This document shows, piece after piece, positions 10,209 through 21,655 of a DNA stretch of 64,000 nucleotides. How positions within the stretch are numbered: the stretch's first letter is position 1; every line of letters begins with the position of its first letter. Source of the DNA: Nitrosopumilus sp. (GTDB lineage Archaea > Thermoproteota > Nitrososphaeria > Nitrososphaerales > Nitrosopumilaceae); contig OZ241857.1 of assembly GCA_965203315.1 (NCBI GenBank), positions 1,440,001-1,504,000 of the forward strand. Direction: 5' to 3'. Below the pieces are notes generated by a model, which was not told where the DNA came from, ran no database searches, and saw nothing but the letters and a program-made list of their open reading frames with translations. The translations under genes and the position numbers were made by a program.

Positions 10209-10295
10209 CGGGGAGTAGATTTGAACTACTGATTTGCGGGTTATGAGCCCGCCGGGATGACCTAGTCCTTAATAGTCTGACTTCCCCACCCCGCT
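10206..10295 (-). tRNA. Initiator tRNA-Met (CAT) with a 15-nt non-canonical intron in the D-loop (10262..10276)
   Basis: A1-U72 acceptor stem AGCGGGG/CCCCGCT; GGG/CCC anticodon stem around CTCATAA; T-arm AGTAG-TTCAAAT-CTACT; BHB-like AGTC-AGA...GACT-AGG; TATA box about 25 bp upstream. Confidence 0.92.
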
Positions 10296-11093
10296 AAACA
10301 CCAAATGATCCATACCTTATATACGCTTTAGGCTCTCATTCTGCGAATTGAGGCAACTATGTTGAAAAACTGTACAGTTTTGTTGTCATTACAATTGAGA
10401 TGATTCTCATGCTTGTGTTTAGTATCAACTTTATCCATGCGTTAGAGATGATCAAAGCCAGCTGATTATTCATCTAAATGAGCTATTGGATTAAAGGCCA
10501 CTAATTTAGGGAATGCCCATTTTTATCATGCATGCGACAATAGCCTTTGTTATATTCCGGAGGATTGTTGCCGTCTGTCATCCATGACTGATATAACGTC
10601 TTAACCTTGGCACCACATTTACCAAAGAACAACATCGTCAATCATAGCCACAACTTTCTTTCTGGCTAATCATACTTGTATATTTTTAATAATGTGATTC
10701 AGAAGCGATTAAACACTACTCTAAGACAGTAAGCGTCTCTTGCTTTATACTGTACCAGAAAAAGAGTGTCTTCAGATGTTGTGCATATGATTCTTTTTGA
10801 TTTATGTGTGATGTAATTTTTAGAGATACTAGATTTTACAAGAACATTTTTAGAAAAAATCACATAAAATATCATCCCATGTAAATCAGGGCCACTAACC
10901 AAGCTATGAAGAATACTCAATACAAACACTCTACAAGACAGTCAAAACTTGTCGATTCTGTGAAATGTAGATTTTGTATGTGACGTACAAGATATCTGAT
11001 CTGGCATCTCAGACAACTAGATACTTTCTAGCCTATACTGGCATTTAGCTTGATACAGATTCAAATTAATATCATTCATGTTTTATATTGTTT

Positions 11094-12185
11094 ATGAACA
11101 AGTGGGTCAGCATTATTGCCGTTGTAGGGGCATTAGCATTCTCGATATCTGTTATCACGTTACCATCTGATCCAATACCTCTTCCTCCTCCGCCCAATAC
11201 CACTAAAAATGCCTCTGTTACTGTTATTGCTCAAAACCTAGAGAATCCTAGAGCATTAGCGACCCATGGTGATCGTATATTTGTCACAGAGAAGGGTGGC
11301 GCACTTCGTGTAGTCCAAGATGACACTCTCTTAGAGTCTCCTCTAGCAACATTTAGGAGTGTTGACACATTTGATGGCGGTCTAATTGGAGTTGCAGTAC
11401 ACCCCAATTTTGACGAGAATCATTATCTCTACGTGTTTGTGACCTATGAGCGAGGAGACCAACTCTACAACAAGATCGTACAAATAACCGAATCTAACAA
11501 CAGATTAGAGTCTACCAAGACCATCTTGGATGATATACCTAGTTCCCAGTTTACAAACGGCGGTTTCATAAAATTTGGACCAGACAATAAACTGTATATC
11601 GGTACAGGAGCTACATCTGATGCATCTCATCTACCACAAGATATCAACTCGTTATCTGGCAAGATTCTACGCATCAATGACGATGGAACTATACCTGATG
11701 ATAATCCATGGCCCAACTCTCCTGTCTACTCTATAGGACATCGAAATCCACAAGGAATGACTTGGGATGATAACGGTCGTCTATTTGTAGCAGAGTTTGG
11801 ACCAGAGAAGAACGACGAGATAAATTTGATACTGCCCGGCAAAAACTATGGTTGGCCGGAACTAGAGTGTACCGGTAATGAGCGATTCGAAGCAGCTGTA
11901 CTATGTTATGATCCTAGTATTGAACCAGGGGGAATCTTGTATTATGCAGGAGACCGACTAGATATCGACTCTCCGTTTATTATGGCGTCACTACGCTCGT
12001 CAAATCTATATCAACTAGACTTTGAAGAGGGTCTTGCATCGCAAAAGGCTATGCTTGGCGGCGTTGGTCGCATTCGTGATGTTGTTGTATCTGCAGATCA
12101 AAGCATATACGTCATTACATCAAATACCGATGGAAAAGGATTTCCAGATCCTATGGATGATAAACTGTTGAGGGTATCGAGATGA
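11094..12185 (+). CDS. PQQ-dependent glucose/sorbosone dehydrogenase family protein
   Basis: N-terminal signal/TM segment; GGFIKFGPDNKLYIGTG, SGKILRI, GHRNPQG, GKNYGWP. Confidence 0.9.
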   Translation: MNKWVSIIAVVGALAFSISVITLPSDPIPLPPPPNTTKNASVTVIAQNLENPRALATHGDRIFVTEKGGALRVVQDDTLLESPLATFRSVDTFDGGLIGVAVHPNFDENHYLYVFVTYERGDQLYNKIVQITESNNRLESTKTILDDIPSSQFTNGGFIKFGPDNKLYIGTGATSDASHLPQDINSLSGKILRINDDGTIPDDNPWPNSPVYSIGHRNPQGMTWDDNGRLFVAEFGPEKNDEINLILPGKNYGWPELECTGNERFEAAVLCYDPSIEPGGILYYAGDRLDIDSPFIMASLRSSNLYQLDFEEGLASQKAMLGGVGRIRDVVVSADQSIYVITSNTDGKGFPDPMDDKLLRVSR

Positions 12186-13435
12186 CTAGTTCCATTCCCA
12201 AGTTCTTTGCAAAGTCTAGAGAGGAGCGACTAGATATCATAAAAGACTTTGCCAATCTCAACAGTGCCGATATCGCTATTCTAAATGATATTGATGGTGG
12301 AGTCTCTTTTGAGCGCGCAGACAAGATGGTCGAGAATGCGATTGGTACTTTTTCGTTACCATTGGGTATTGCGACAAACTTTACTGTAAATGGTAGGGAC
12401 CATCTAGTCCCTATGGCAATAGAAGAACCATCTGTAATTGCAGCAGCATCCAAGGCCGCCAAGGCTGCTCGTTATCATGGTGGATTCACAGTTGTATCTG
12501 ATGAGCCATACAGCATTGGTCAAATACAGCTGATCTCTGTAGACTCGAACGCGGCATCTAGAATTCAAGAACATGCTGATGAGATCCTCAGCTTGGCAAA
12601 CTCAAAGAGTTCAACATTATCCAAACTTGGTCGCGGTGCAAAACAGATCCAATGTAGAGAGATCACTACACCATCTGGTGAGATGCTCATAGTCGAAATT
12701 ATAATAGATGTTGGAGATGCAATGGGCGCAAACGTCACAAATACAATGTGCGAAGCTATATCTCCATTACTTGCTGACATCACTGGTGGTAGACCTCTAC
12801 TTCGTATACTGTCAAACTATTCTACTAAACGAATGGTAGACGCAACTGCTGTCTTTGCTGTTGATCAAGTTGGTGGCAAAAAGATAGTAGATGATATCAT
12901 ACTGGCATACGAGTTTGCAGACAATGACATCTATCGTGCAGTGACTCACAACAAAGGAGTCATGAATGGCATTACTGCAGTTGCAAACGCTATAGGTCAA
13001 GATAGTAGAGCCATAGAGGCAGCAGCTCATGCATATGCAGCTCATACTGGTAGATATCGATCTCTGACACAATGGAGTAGTGACGACTCGGGTAATCTAG
13101 TTGGCAGACTCGCAGTTCCACTAGCTGTAGGTATAGTCGGTGGTATCTCAAATGTTCATCCTGTTGCCAAAGTATGTGCCAAGATATTGGATGTAGACTC
13201 TGCTCGTGCTCTAAGTTGTGTGATGGCAGCAGCTGGTCTTGCACAAAACTATGCTGCACTCCGAGCTCTTGTTACAGATGGAATCCAAAAGGGCCACATG
13301 AGACTTCACGCGCGTAATCTAGCTGCCGCTGCCGGAGCATCCCCAGATCAAATAGATCATATAGTTGAAACAATGATTGAGCAAAGAGATATCTCTCTAG
13401 ATAATGCAAGATATCTAGTATCTGGCATCGCTTGA
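12182..13435 (+). CDS. hmgA: HMG-CoA reductase (class II)
   Basis: ENAIG, EEPSVIAAAS, DAMGAN, THNKGVMNG, GIQKGHMRLH. Confidence 0.95.
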   Translation: MTSSIPKFFAKSREERLDIIKDFANLNSADIAILNDIDGGVSFERADKMVENAIGTFSLPLGIATNFTVNGRDHLVPMAIEEPSVIAAASKAAKAARYHGGFTVVSDEPYSIGQIQLISVDSNAASRIQEHADEILSLANSKSSTLSKLGRGAKQIQCREITTPSGEMLIVEIIIDVGDAMGANVTNTMCEAISPLLADITGGRPLLRILSNYSTKRMVDATAVFAVDQVGGKKIVDDIILAYEFADNDIYRAVTHNKGVMNGITAVANAIGQDSRAIEAAAHAYAAHTGRYRSLTQWSSDDSGNLVGRLAVPLAVGIVGGISNVHPVAKVCAKILDVDSARALSCVMAAAGLAQNYAALRALVTDGIQKGHMRLHARNLAAAAGASPDQIDHIVETMIEQRDISLDNARYLVSGIA

Positions 13436-13716
13436 TTCTGGTTACATTCTATCTATTCGACTCCATGTCTATCCAATCCTGTAGGCAACTCTTCGTTATC
13501 CATAAATTTAGCAAAACACACAATTCAAAACTTTATGAATAAACTCATCATATCTTACAAACTTTAGCTAGTCATATGCTGGGGTATATATCATTGAGAT
13601 CAATACACCGAGACATCAAACACACAGTACTGATCATGACATCTTTGATAGTAAATGACGTACAAGAATCCATAGATATCCATAGAGATTAATAGTATAA
13701 CTTGAAATAATAATAC

Positions 13717-14595
13717 ATGTCGGAGTTGGGTACCTTTTATGATGATATAACATCATTTCTGAGCTCACAGCGATTCAGCGTGTTCACATGTAGTAGTAAC
13801 TCTAAATTTTCAAAGTCGATGTCTACTATACTATGGAATGAGGATGAAGAGTATGAGGACTTTTTTCAGATTGCAAAGAATGAAGGTGTAACCATCATCT
13901 TTGAATCTGTACACGAGCTCACAGAAGATGATCTCGAAGACTTGTTTGATAAACTCCCTGATGATCTTAGGGATACTATGGAATCAGAGCTAGAAGAGAC
14001 TCGTGAAAAGATCCGATCCACCGACAATAGAGTAAGCGTCTCATTTTTTTGGATCAAAGATAATATCAGATATATGATTCAGAAAAATTCTTGGTTAGAG
14101 GACATCATCTTTGTCTGTGAGAGTTATGGAAAACTTGCTCAAGACTCTGAGAATCTACCAAAACCACAACATGCCCGATCTGATTATGTATATGAAGAAC
14201 TGAGAAGTCAAGATCCTAATGAACTAGCTAGAGAGTTACACGAGTATATCATGGATGTCGATCCTGATCCATCTGATCGTATGCGGAGTAAATTAACTAG
14301 TGCTTTTTGGGATGAGAAAGGTTTGAAGGGTACAGAACACCTAGATTTTAAACAAGAGATCGATATACTTGCGCATCGAATAACACGAAAGAAGAGTCGT
14401 AAACAACCGGCTTGGACAAAGACAAGTAATCTGTCACTTGCAGAGCTTACTCAAAAATGCATAATATGGGCTAGAAGGAAGAAGATAAAACCAACACAAG
14501 CAGTATTGCGTAGCTATCTATTGGATAATGATGTAATATTAAATCCTGCAGACCTGAAACTTTTGCATCGCAATGTAAGTTCATCATTAAAATAA
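13717..14595 (+). CDS. Hypothetical protein (acidic N-half, basic C-terminus)
   Basis: 292-aa ORF with host-like codon style; no recognised motif. Confidence 0.65.
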   Translation: MSELGTFYDDITSFLSSQRFSVFTCSSNSKFSKSMSTILWNEDEEYEDFFQIAKNEGVTIIFESVHELTEDDLEDLFDKLPDDLRDTMESELEETREKIRSTDNRVSVSFFWIKDNIRYMIQKNSWLEDIIFVCESYGKLAQDSENLPKPQHARSDYVYEELRSQDPNELARELHEYIMDVDPDPSDRMRSKLTSAFWDEKGLKGTEHLDFKQEIDILAHRITRKKSRKQPAWTKTSNLSLAELTQKCIIWARRKKIKPTQAVLRSYLLDNDVILNPADLKLLHRNVSSSLK

Positions 14596-14668
14596 CTATT
14601 GTTCATTTGCATACAAAATCAAATATCTATAAATGCCATTATATACCTGAGAGTCAAGAGTACTGCTA

Positions 14669-15646
14669 TTGTCCGAGATAAGATTTGCAATTCCAAAAGG
14701 AAGTCTAGAAGATGCCACATTCAAGCTCTTGGAGCGTTCTTGGACACGTGTAGCTCGCAAGAGCAGAACATATCGTGTATATCTGGATGATCCCAAGATC
14801 GTGGTCAAGATGTTGAGACCACAAGAGATACCGACTCTGGTGGCAGAAGGACTATACGATGTAGGGATTACTGGCAAGGATTGGGTTGGTGAGACTAGAT
14901 CAGACGTCGAGTCGGTTCTAGATCTAGAGTATGGTAGGATACGACTGGTCGTCGCATTTCCAGACAACTATCGCTATAAAGATATAGATTCTATGATAAG
15001 TGATTACGCAAAGAAAAAGAAGACACTTCGCATATCTTCAGAGTATCTGACTACAGCTAGTAAATTTCTAAAGTCATCTGCATCGTACAAGAGATATCAC
15101 GGTTCAGCGGATCCATTAATAGTCACTCCGTGGGTACGACTAGGAAAGAACAAGAGCGTCCAGATTCATCTCTCTTTTGGCGCAACAGAGGCCAAGCCTC
15201 CCGAGGACGTTGACGCAATCATTGATGTAACAGAGACCGGCACAACTCTAAAACAGAACAAACTAAAGATCGTAGATGAGATCCTTGTATCATCTGCACA
15301 TCTGATAGCAAACAGAGAGTCTATCAAAGATCCAAAAAAGCGCGAAAAGATATTTGATATCATAACTCTACTACGAGGAGCTGTACATGGCGCCAAGTAT
15401 CTGCACATATATCTAAATGTAGAAGAGAAGAATCTCAAAGAACTGTTATCCCAGATGCCTTCATTGAAACGTCCTACAGTTAGTCCACTAAGTGAAGAAG
15501 GTTGGTATGGCGTAAATACAGTAATCCAAAAAACAGAGTATCACAAACTTGTTCCAAAACTTCGCAAGATTGCACAAGGTCTAGTAGTACATGAACCGCG
15601 TCAGATACTCGAACTCGAAGAGATAAAGCGTGACGAAGAGAATTGA
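14669..15646 (+). CDS. hisG: ATP phosphoribosyltransferase (long form)
   Basis: AIPKGSL, RPQEIP, GITGKDW, DVTETGTTL, C-terminal PTVSPL regulatory domain. Confidence 0.96.
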   Translation: MSEIRFAIPKGSLEDATFKLLERSWTRVARKSRTYRVYLDDPKIVVKMLRPQEIPTLVAEGLYDVGITGKDWVGETRSDVESVLDLEYGRIRLVVAFPDNYRYKDIDSMISDYAKKKKTLRISSEYLTTASKFLKSSASYKRYHGSADPLIVTPWVRLGKNKSVQIHLSFGATEAKPPEDVDAIIDVTETGTTLKQNKLKIVDEILVSSAHLIANRESIKDPKKREKIFDIITLLRGAVHGAKYLHIYLNVEEKNLKELLSQMPSLKRPTVSPLSEEGWYGVNTVIQKTEYHKLVPKLRKIAQGLVVHEPRQILELEEIKRDEEN

Positions 15647-16908
15647 TAAAGATACTCCAAGTCTCAAACCCTACCAAGTTTGTCAAACAAATATCACATG
15701 ATATCTCTGACCTATCAAAGGTCCAAGGTATCATACATGATATCAGACACGAAGGAGATGCTGCAGTACGCAGATATGAGCAACAATTCTCTGGTACAAA
15801 ACTCGGTTCACTGCGAGTATCTGACTCTGAAGTGTCTCAAGCGCGTCGCCAAGTCACATCTCAAGAGATCTCTGCAATATCACTCATGAAACAACGACTA
15901 GAACGTACAGAGCGTGCTGTATACGCAACGCTCCGAGATATCAAGATACGTGAAGACGGAATAAAGATATCAAAGACCTTTGTTCCGGTATGTACGGTTG
16001 GATGTTATGTACCTGGTGGTCTTGCTAGATATCCCAGCTCTGCCATAATGAGTATAGTTCCAGCCAAAGTTGCAGGTGTACAGAATATTATAGTCGCAAC
16101 TCCTCCAGATCGAGATGGGAATATCGATCCATTGACTATAACTGCAGCAAAGATGTGTGGAGCTGATAATATCTACAAGACAGGTGGAGTTCAAGCTATT
16201 GCCGCAATGGCATACGGGACACGTTCTATACCTAAAGTCGACAAGATCGTAGGGCCAGGTGGCCCATTCGTAACTGCAGCAAAGCATCTAGTCAGTAATA
16301 ATACATCGATAGACATGACTGCAGGACCTACCGAACTAGGAATAGTAGCTGACTCTGATACAGATCCCCGACTGATATCACTAGACCTCATATCTCAAGC
16401 AGAGCACAGCCGTGACACATCATGTTGTGTTGTTACAGATTCGCAGAGTCTTGCCACTCGTATAGATGATACTCTAAAAGAGTTGATTCCACATGTACGT
16501 CGATCTGATATAGTATCTTCTAGTATTACAAATAATGGATTTATTGCAGTCTGTAGAGACAGAGCAGATATCGTACAACTAGCAAATCTACTTGCGCCAG
16601 AACATCTCCAAGTCATGACCAGAGATGCTTCAAGACTAGCGAGAGAGTTTACGACTGCGGGTCTAGTGTTGGTAGGTAGATACACTCCATCTGCAGCTAG
16701 TGACTATCTGTTGGGATCAAATCACATACTCCCAACGTCTGGTCTAGGAAGAGCCCGTGGCTCGTTATCTGTTTTAGACTTTGTAAAACTACACACCAGT
16801 ATAACATCATCCAAACGTGCTCTATCTGGTATAGCGTCTGAGATGAATAGTATAACTAGTGCCGAAGATCTCACAAATCACTACAAGGCAGTTGAGGGTA
16901 GATTATGA
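15643..16908 (+). CDS. hisD: Histidinol dehydrogenase
   Basis: GCYVPGG, KIVGPG, IDMTAGPTE, SQAEH, APEHL, DYLLGSNHILPT. Confidence 0.96.
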   Translation: MIKILQVSNPTKFVKQISHDISDLSKVQGIIHDIRHEGDAAVRRYEQQFSGTKLGSLRVSDSEVSQARRQVTSQEISAISLMKQRLERTERAVYATLRDIKIREDGIKISKTFVPVCTVGCYVPGGLARYPSSAIMSIVPAKVAGVQNIIVATPPDRDGNIDPLTITAAKMCGADNIYKTGGVQAIAAMAYGTRSIPKVDKIVGPGGPFVTAAKHLVSNNTSIDMTAGPTELGIVADSDTDPRLISLDLISQAEHSRDTSCCVVTDSQSLATRIDDTLKELIPHVRRSDIVSSSITNNGFIAVCRDRADIVQLANLLAPEHLQVMTRDASRLAREFTTAGLVLVGRYTPSAASDYLLGSNHILPTSGLGRARGSLSVLDFVKLHTSITSSKRALSGIASEMNSITSAEDLTNHYKAVEGRL

Positions 16909-17969
16909 CAAAAGGTTGGTTTGAGAAGCGAGTATCAGAGTTGTCGAACGATACAGGATACAAGAAACCAGATCTCTATCAAGACACACTAAAACTCGAC
17001 TCGAACGAAAACTATGCGATACCAAAGAGTATTCAGAGTGAACTGGTAACTATGGCCAAACGTAGATCTGATATCAGATCATATCCACTTGGCAGAGTTG
17101 ATCGTCTTATTGAACAGCTTGCAAGTTATGTCGGAGTACCGCCATCAATGATCGGCGTAGGCAACGGATCAGATCAGATCCTAGATATGCTGCTGGCAAA
17201 CTTTGCTAAAAACAAGAGAGTCTTGCTAGCAAATCCATCATTCAGCTTTGTACAAGATCGATGTCGTCTATACGACATACAAACGACGCATGTACAATTT
17301 GTAGATCATAAATTTGATATCGCAGAGTTTGAGCGACATGCTAAATCTGCGGATATTCTATATATCGACTCACCAAACAATCCAACAGGTTTTCAGTTTC
17401 CCAAACGAGATCTGCAGAGACTGATACGATCCTTTGATGGTCTAGTAATAATCGATGAAGCATATGCCGAGTTTGCAGACTATACATTGCACAATATGAC
17501 ACGCAAGCAAAAGAATCTAATCATAACTCGAACACTCTCCAAGTCGTTTGGACTAGCTGGACTACGTCTAGGATACTGTATAGCAGATAGAGAGTTTACA
17601 GAGACGTTCCAGAATGTGATACAGTATCCATATCCGTTGAGTTCACTTACGATCGAGGCAGCAATATCTGCCCTTGATCGAGTAGATACATTATTGGGAT
17701 ACATTGAAACGATCAAAGCAGAACGTACACGCGTTATTAATGCACTACAAGAGTATGACGACTTTGAAGTCTTTGACTCTAGAGCCAACTTTGTACTCTT
17801 TGATGCGCGTGGTGGATATAGCAGAATACATGCAGCCCTACTAGAACAAGGAATCTCGATTCGTAAGTTGGGTACGATCGGTAGCTACGAGGGCTGCCTT
17901 CGAGTAACTATAGGTACAAGAGAGATGAACTCTAAATTTCTACTAGCAGTGCGTGATCTATTCAGATGA
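16905..17969 (+). CDS. hisC: Histidinol-phosphate aminotransferase
   Basis: KLDSNEN, GNGSDQ, SPNNPTG, DEAYAEF, RTLSKSFGLAGLRLG. Confidence 0.95.
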   Translation: MTKGWFEKRVSELSNDTGYKKPDLYQDTLKLDSNENYAIPKSIQSELVTMAKRRSDIRSYPLGRVDRLIEQLASYVGVPPSMIGVGNGSDQILDMLLANFAKNKRVLLANPSFSFVQDRCRLYDIQTTHVQFVDHKFDIAEFERHAKSADILYIDSPNNPTGFQFPKRDLQRLIRSFDGLVIIDEAYAEFADYTLHNMTRKQKNLIITRTLSKSFGLAGLRLGYCIADREFTETFQNVIQYPYPLSSLTIEAAISALDRVDTLLGYIETIKAERTRVINALQEYDDFEVFDSRANFVLFDARGGYSRIHAALLEQGISIRKLGTIGSYEGCLRVTIGTREMNSKFLLAVRDLFR

Positions 17970-18964
17970 GTCTAAAAGAGATATCTCGTGGTATGTACAT
18001 AGATGATACTGTACTAGAGTTTATTGTACCGAACGAGATCGATGGAATAGTCTTTGACTGCGACGGTGTACTGGTAGATATATCTGACTCGTACAACTCT
18101 ACAATAATCAAGACATCTCAACACATACTATACGCACAGTCTGTATCTGACGAGATAGTAGAGATACTCTCTTCTGATCTGATGTATGGTATAATCGATG
18201 ACTTTAAAGCTACAGGTATGTTCAACAATGATATCGACATCACATATTCTATTATACTGACTCTTTTAGCTGTAGATAGATTGGGTGGTGATCCAAGTTC
18301 ACTACTCTCTAATGTATACGAGAACGCAACTCTGGGAATAACCGGAGTTGTATCTTATCTGCGTTCACTGCTAGACATATCTGATATAGAAGAGTACTTG
18401 TCGTATCCTAGTGACTCTAGTGTATTGATGCATACTTTTGATCAGCTATTTTATGGACCCGAGTTGTATAACGCGCGATATGGCCTCGAGTCTAAATTTA
18501 CCGAGCCCGGACTCATCAATCGCGACAGAGTGATACTCGATCTTACGCTACTCGATACTTTGACAGAACAGTTTGAGCATATTGCTATGATTACCGGTAG
18601 AGGATACTCTTCGGCACATCACTCGCTGGGTTCACTGCTTGATCGATTTGATATACAAAACTCTCTCTTTTTAGAGGATCAACCTCGTAGTCTAGCAAAA
18701 CCAAATCCTGCTACATTACTCAAGTCGATATCGAACATGGGATGTAAAAATACGATATACGTGGGTGATTCGATGGAAGATCTGAATATGACACGAGCTG
18801 CAAACTTGGGAACGAAGCTACTCTTTTGTGGTGTATACGGTACCAACCATGATCCAAAACGCCGACTAGAGATGCTACAAGATCAACACGTCGATATGTT
18901 GGTCAACTCTATACACGATATACCAAAGATATTAAATTTGGTACAACGTATCAGAGATACATAA
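17966..18964 (+). CDS. HAD-family hydrolase in the his operon (candidate histidinol-phosphatase)
   Basis: FDCDGVL motif I, TGR, KPNP, VGDSMED; lies between hisC and hisB. Confidence 0.85.
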   Translation: MSLKEISRGMYIDDTVLEFIVPNEIDGIVFDCDGVLVDISDSYNSTIIKTSQHILYAQSVSDEIVEILSSDLMYGIIDDFKATGMFNNDIDITYSIILTLLAVDRLGGDPSSLLSNVYENATLGITGVVSYLRSLLDISDIEEYLSYPSDSSVLMHTFDQLFYGPELYNARYGLESKFTEPGLINRDRVILDLTLLDTLTEQFEHIAMITGRGYSSAHHSLGSLLDRFDIQNSLFLEDQPRSLAKPNPATLLKSISNMGCKNTIYVGDSMEDLNMTRAANLGTKLLFCGVYGTNHDPKRRLEMLQDQHVDMLVNSIHDIPKILNLVQRIRDT

Positions 18965-19545
18965 TGCGTACAGCACAATATAGTCGCGAGACCAAAGAGA
19001 CTAGTGTCTCTGTTACATTAAATATAGATGGCACAGGCACAACTGATGTCAATACTGGTGTTGACTTTATAGATCATCTGTTAGTATCGTTTGCAAAACA
19101 TGCAATGATCGATATCACACTTGTAGCTAAATCATCAGATGGTATAGTACATCATCTGATAGAAGATACTGCAATAGTACTTGGAAAGACAATCGACAAA
19201 GCACTAGGTGATCGTAAGAGTGTTGTTAGATTTGGTCACGCACTAGTACCTATGGATGAGTCTCTTGCAGAGTCTGTAATAGATCTAGTTCGACGTCCTT
19301 ACACCATGATATCTCTCTTGTTGACACGCGACACGATCGAGTCTGTATCTCGTGAAGATATACAGCACTTTATTCTGTCACTAGTACAAAATCTAGATTG
19401 TTGTGTACATGTATTCGTAAAGTATGGTGATAATGATCATCACAAAGTCGAGGCTGCAATAAAGTCACTGGCAGTTGCTCTACGATCTGCTGCAAGCATA
19501 GATCCAAAACAACATGATATTCCTAGTACAAAGGGTTCGATGTAA
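18964..19545 (+). CDS. hisB: Imidazoleglycerol-phosphate dehydratase
   Basis: [29 protein letters not shown]. Confidence 0.96.
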   Translation: MRTAQYSRETKETSVSVTLNIDGTGTTDVNTGVDFIDHLLVSFAKHAMIDITLVAKSSDGIVHHLIEDTAIVLGKTIDKALGDRKSVVRFGHALVPMDESLAESVIDLVRRPYTMISLLLTRDTIESVSREDIQHFILSLVQNLDCCVHVFVKYGDNDHHKVEAAIKSLAVALRSAASIDPKQHDIPSTKGSM

Positions 19546-20145
19546 TTGAGACTTGCAATATTTGATTATGGTGCAGGAAATATCTTTAGCCTCAAAAACT
19601 CAATAGAGAAGACAGGGTCTACAGTAGACGTGATCACTACATTTGATCACAATGTACACTACGATGGACTGTTGTTACCAGGCGTTGGAAACTTTGATCC
19701 AGCTATGTCGAGTATATACAATACAGGAGTACAGTTTACAGAGTATGTTGGAGATACGCCTGTACTGGGCATCTGTCTTGGAATGGAGATGTTCTTTGAA
19801 AAGAGTCAAGAAGGTAACCAACGTGGACTAGACGTTATAGATGGAGATGTAGTTGTACTGCCTGATACCTTTAAAGTTCCTCACATGGGATGGAACGAAC
19901 TTGAGATAAGACGACCAGGCGTTCTACTCGCAGGAGTAAAAGACGCGGCTTGGGTATACTTTGTTCACTCTTATCATGCACGACCAGAATCATCTGATGT
20001 TGTTACGGCCGAGTCCGACTATGGCATCAAGGTACCTGCCGTCATAGAGTCTGCAAATTTTTTCGGGACCCAATTTCATCCAGAAAAGTCTGGCAAGGTT
20101 GGGCAGACGATAATTGCCAACTTTCTCAAAGAGTGTCACAGATGA
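19546..20145 (+). CDS. hisH: Imidazole glycerol phosphate synthase glutaminase subunit
   Basis: DYGAGN, LPGVG, GICLGM, PHMGWN, YFVHSY, QFHPEKS. Confidence 0.96.
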   Translation: MRLAIFDYGAGNIFSLKNSIEKTGSTVDVITTFDHNVHYDGLLLPGVGNFDPAMSSIYNTGVQFTEYVGDTPVLGICLGMEMFFEKSQEGNQRGLDVIDGDVVVLPDTFKVPHMGWNELEIRRPGVLLAGVKDAAWVYFVHSYHARPESSDVVTAESDYGIKVPAVIESANFFGTQFHPEKSGKVGQTIIANFLKECHR

Positions 20146-20846
20146 AGATAATTCCCGCAATAGATATCATGGATGGCAAAGTTGTACGACTGTACAAGGG
20201 TGATCCAAAACGACAGACCATCTACTCTAACGATCCAGTAATGATCGCCAAGAGATGGGAGTCTGATGGTGCAGATATGCTTCATGTCGTCGATCTCGAC
20301 GGTACAATCGGAACCGGCTCCAATCTAGATATCATACGCGATATACTATCAGCAGTAGATATACCTGTAGAGGTTGCAGGTGGTCTCCGCACACGCTCAC
20401 TTGTAATGGATATGGCAGATATCTGTGATCGTATTGTATTGGGTACACTCGCATTCAATGATCGTGTATTGTTAGAGTCACTCATCGACGAGCTAGGTTC
20501 GTCACGTATAGTGGTATCTACTGATCACCATAATGGAAAAATAGTGACGCATGGATGGCAACAGAGATCAGAGATCGATCTCGTATCAGCTGTAAACGAT
20601 CTCTCGCGTATTGGAGTATCGGAGTTTCTAGTAACAAGCATAGACACAGATGGAACACTAGAGGGACCTGACATCAGATATTTGAGCAAAGTCTGTTCGA
20701 TACCAGACGTAAACATTATTGCAAGCGGTGGTGTATCTGGTGTACACGACATACATGAGATAAAAAAGTATAATCCATTTGGTGTAATATTGGGAAAGGC
20801 TCTATATGATGGCAAGATTACCATACAAGAGGCCGCACAATGTTAA
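20142..20846 (+). CDS. hisA: ProFAR isomerase
   Basis: [38 protein letters not shown]. Confidence 0.95.
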   Translation: MKIIPAIDIMDGKVVRLYKGDPKRQTIYSNDPVMIAKRWESDGADMLHVVDLDGTIGTGSNLDIIRDILSAVDIPVEVAGGLRTRSLVMDMADICDRIVLGTLAFNDRVLLESLIDELGSSRIVVSTDHHNGKIVTHGWQQRSEIDLVSAVNDLSRIGVSEFLVTSIDTDGTLEGPDIRYLSKVCSIPDVNIIASGGVSGVHDIHEIKKYNPFGVILGKALYDGKITIQEAAQC

Positions 20847-21631
20847 CGAAAAGGATCATTCCATGTCTTGATGTCAAGGATGGTCGAGTAGTCAAAGGAT
20901 TAAACTTTGAGTCCATACGCGATGCAGGTGACCCAATAGAACTCGCAGCGCGATATAGCGACGAGGGCGCAGACGAGTTGATATTTCTAGATATCACTGC
21001 GTCTGGAGAACAACGAAAGACGCTCAAAGAGTTGGTGCGTGATGTAGCTACCGTAATTGATATACCGTTTACGGTAGGCGGTGGAATACACTCGCTTGAA
21101 GACGCGCGTGAGATTCTACTGCATGGTGCAGACAAGGTTGGAGTCAATACAGGCGCAGTTAGAGATCCTCAGGTTATAACTAGACTTATGGAGATCTTTG
21201 GTAGACAGTGTATAGTAGTTGCAATAGATGCAAAGCGAAACTATGGTTCTGGTGGAACAAATCTATTTGACGATGGGTCGTACTGGTTTGAGGTCTATAC
21301 ATATGGCGGTTCAAAGAGTACAGGACTCGATGCAATATCGTGGGCCAAAGAGGTTCAACAGTTAGGAGCAGGTGAGATACTATTAACCAGCATAGATAGA
21401 GATGGAACAAAGGATGGATATGACATACCGTTGACGAACGCAATCTCTGACGCTGTATCTATTCCTGTAATTGCGTCGGGCGGGTGTGGCTCACCTGATC
21501 ATATGGTGGATGTCTTTAAACGATCCAAAGTTGATGCAGCACTAGCAGCATCGATATTTCATTATCAGACACACGGTGTACAAAGAGTAAAACAGTACAT
21601 ACAAGACCATGGTATTCATGTACGATTATAA
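20840..21631 (+). CDS. hisF: Imidazole glycerol phosphate synthase cyclase subunit
   Basis: [36 protein letters not shown]. Confidence 0.97.
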   Translation: MLTKRIIPCLDVKDGRVVKGLNFESIRDAGDPIELAARYSDEGADELIFLDITASGEQRKTLKELVRDVATVIDIPFTVGGGIHSLEDAREILLHGADKVGVNTGAVRDPQVITRLMEIFGRQCIVVAIDAKRNYGSGGTNLFDDGSYWFEVYTYGGSKSTGLDAISWAKEVQQLGAGEILLTSIDRDGTKDGYDIPLTNAISDAVSIPVIASGGCGSPDHMVDVFKRSKVDAALAASIFHYQTHGVQRVKQYIQDHGIHVRL

Positions 21632-21655
21632 TATCAGTTGTATTCTGTACGTTTG

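Noticed and set aside
10206-10295. tRNA-Ile2 (CAT), suggested by adjacency to tiaS
   Set aside because: The A1-U72 pair and three consecutive G-C pairs in the anticodon stem identify an initiator tRNA-Met.
10300-11080. Integrated element remnant next to the tRNA
   Set aside because: It lies on the tRNA's 5' side; no att duplication or recognisable protein fragment; the 76-aa ORF has no support.
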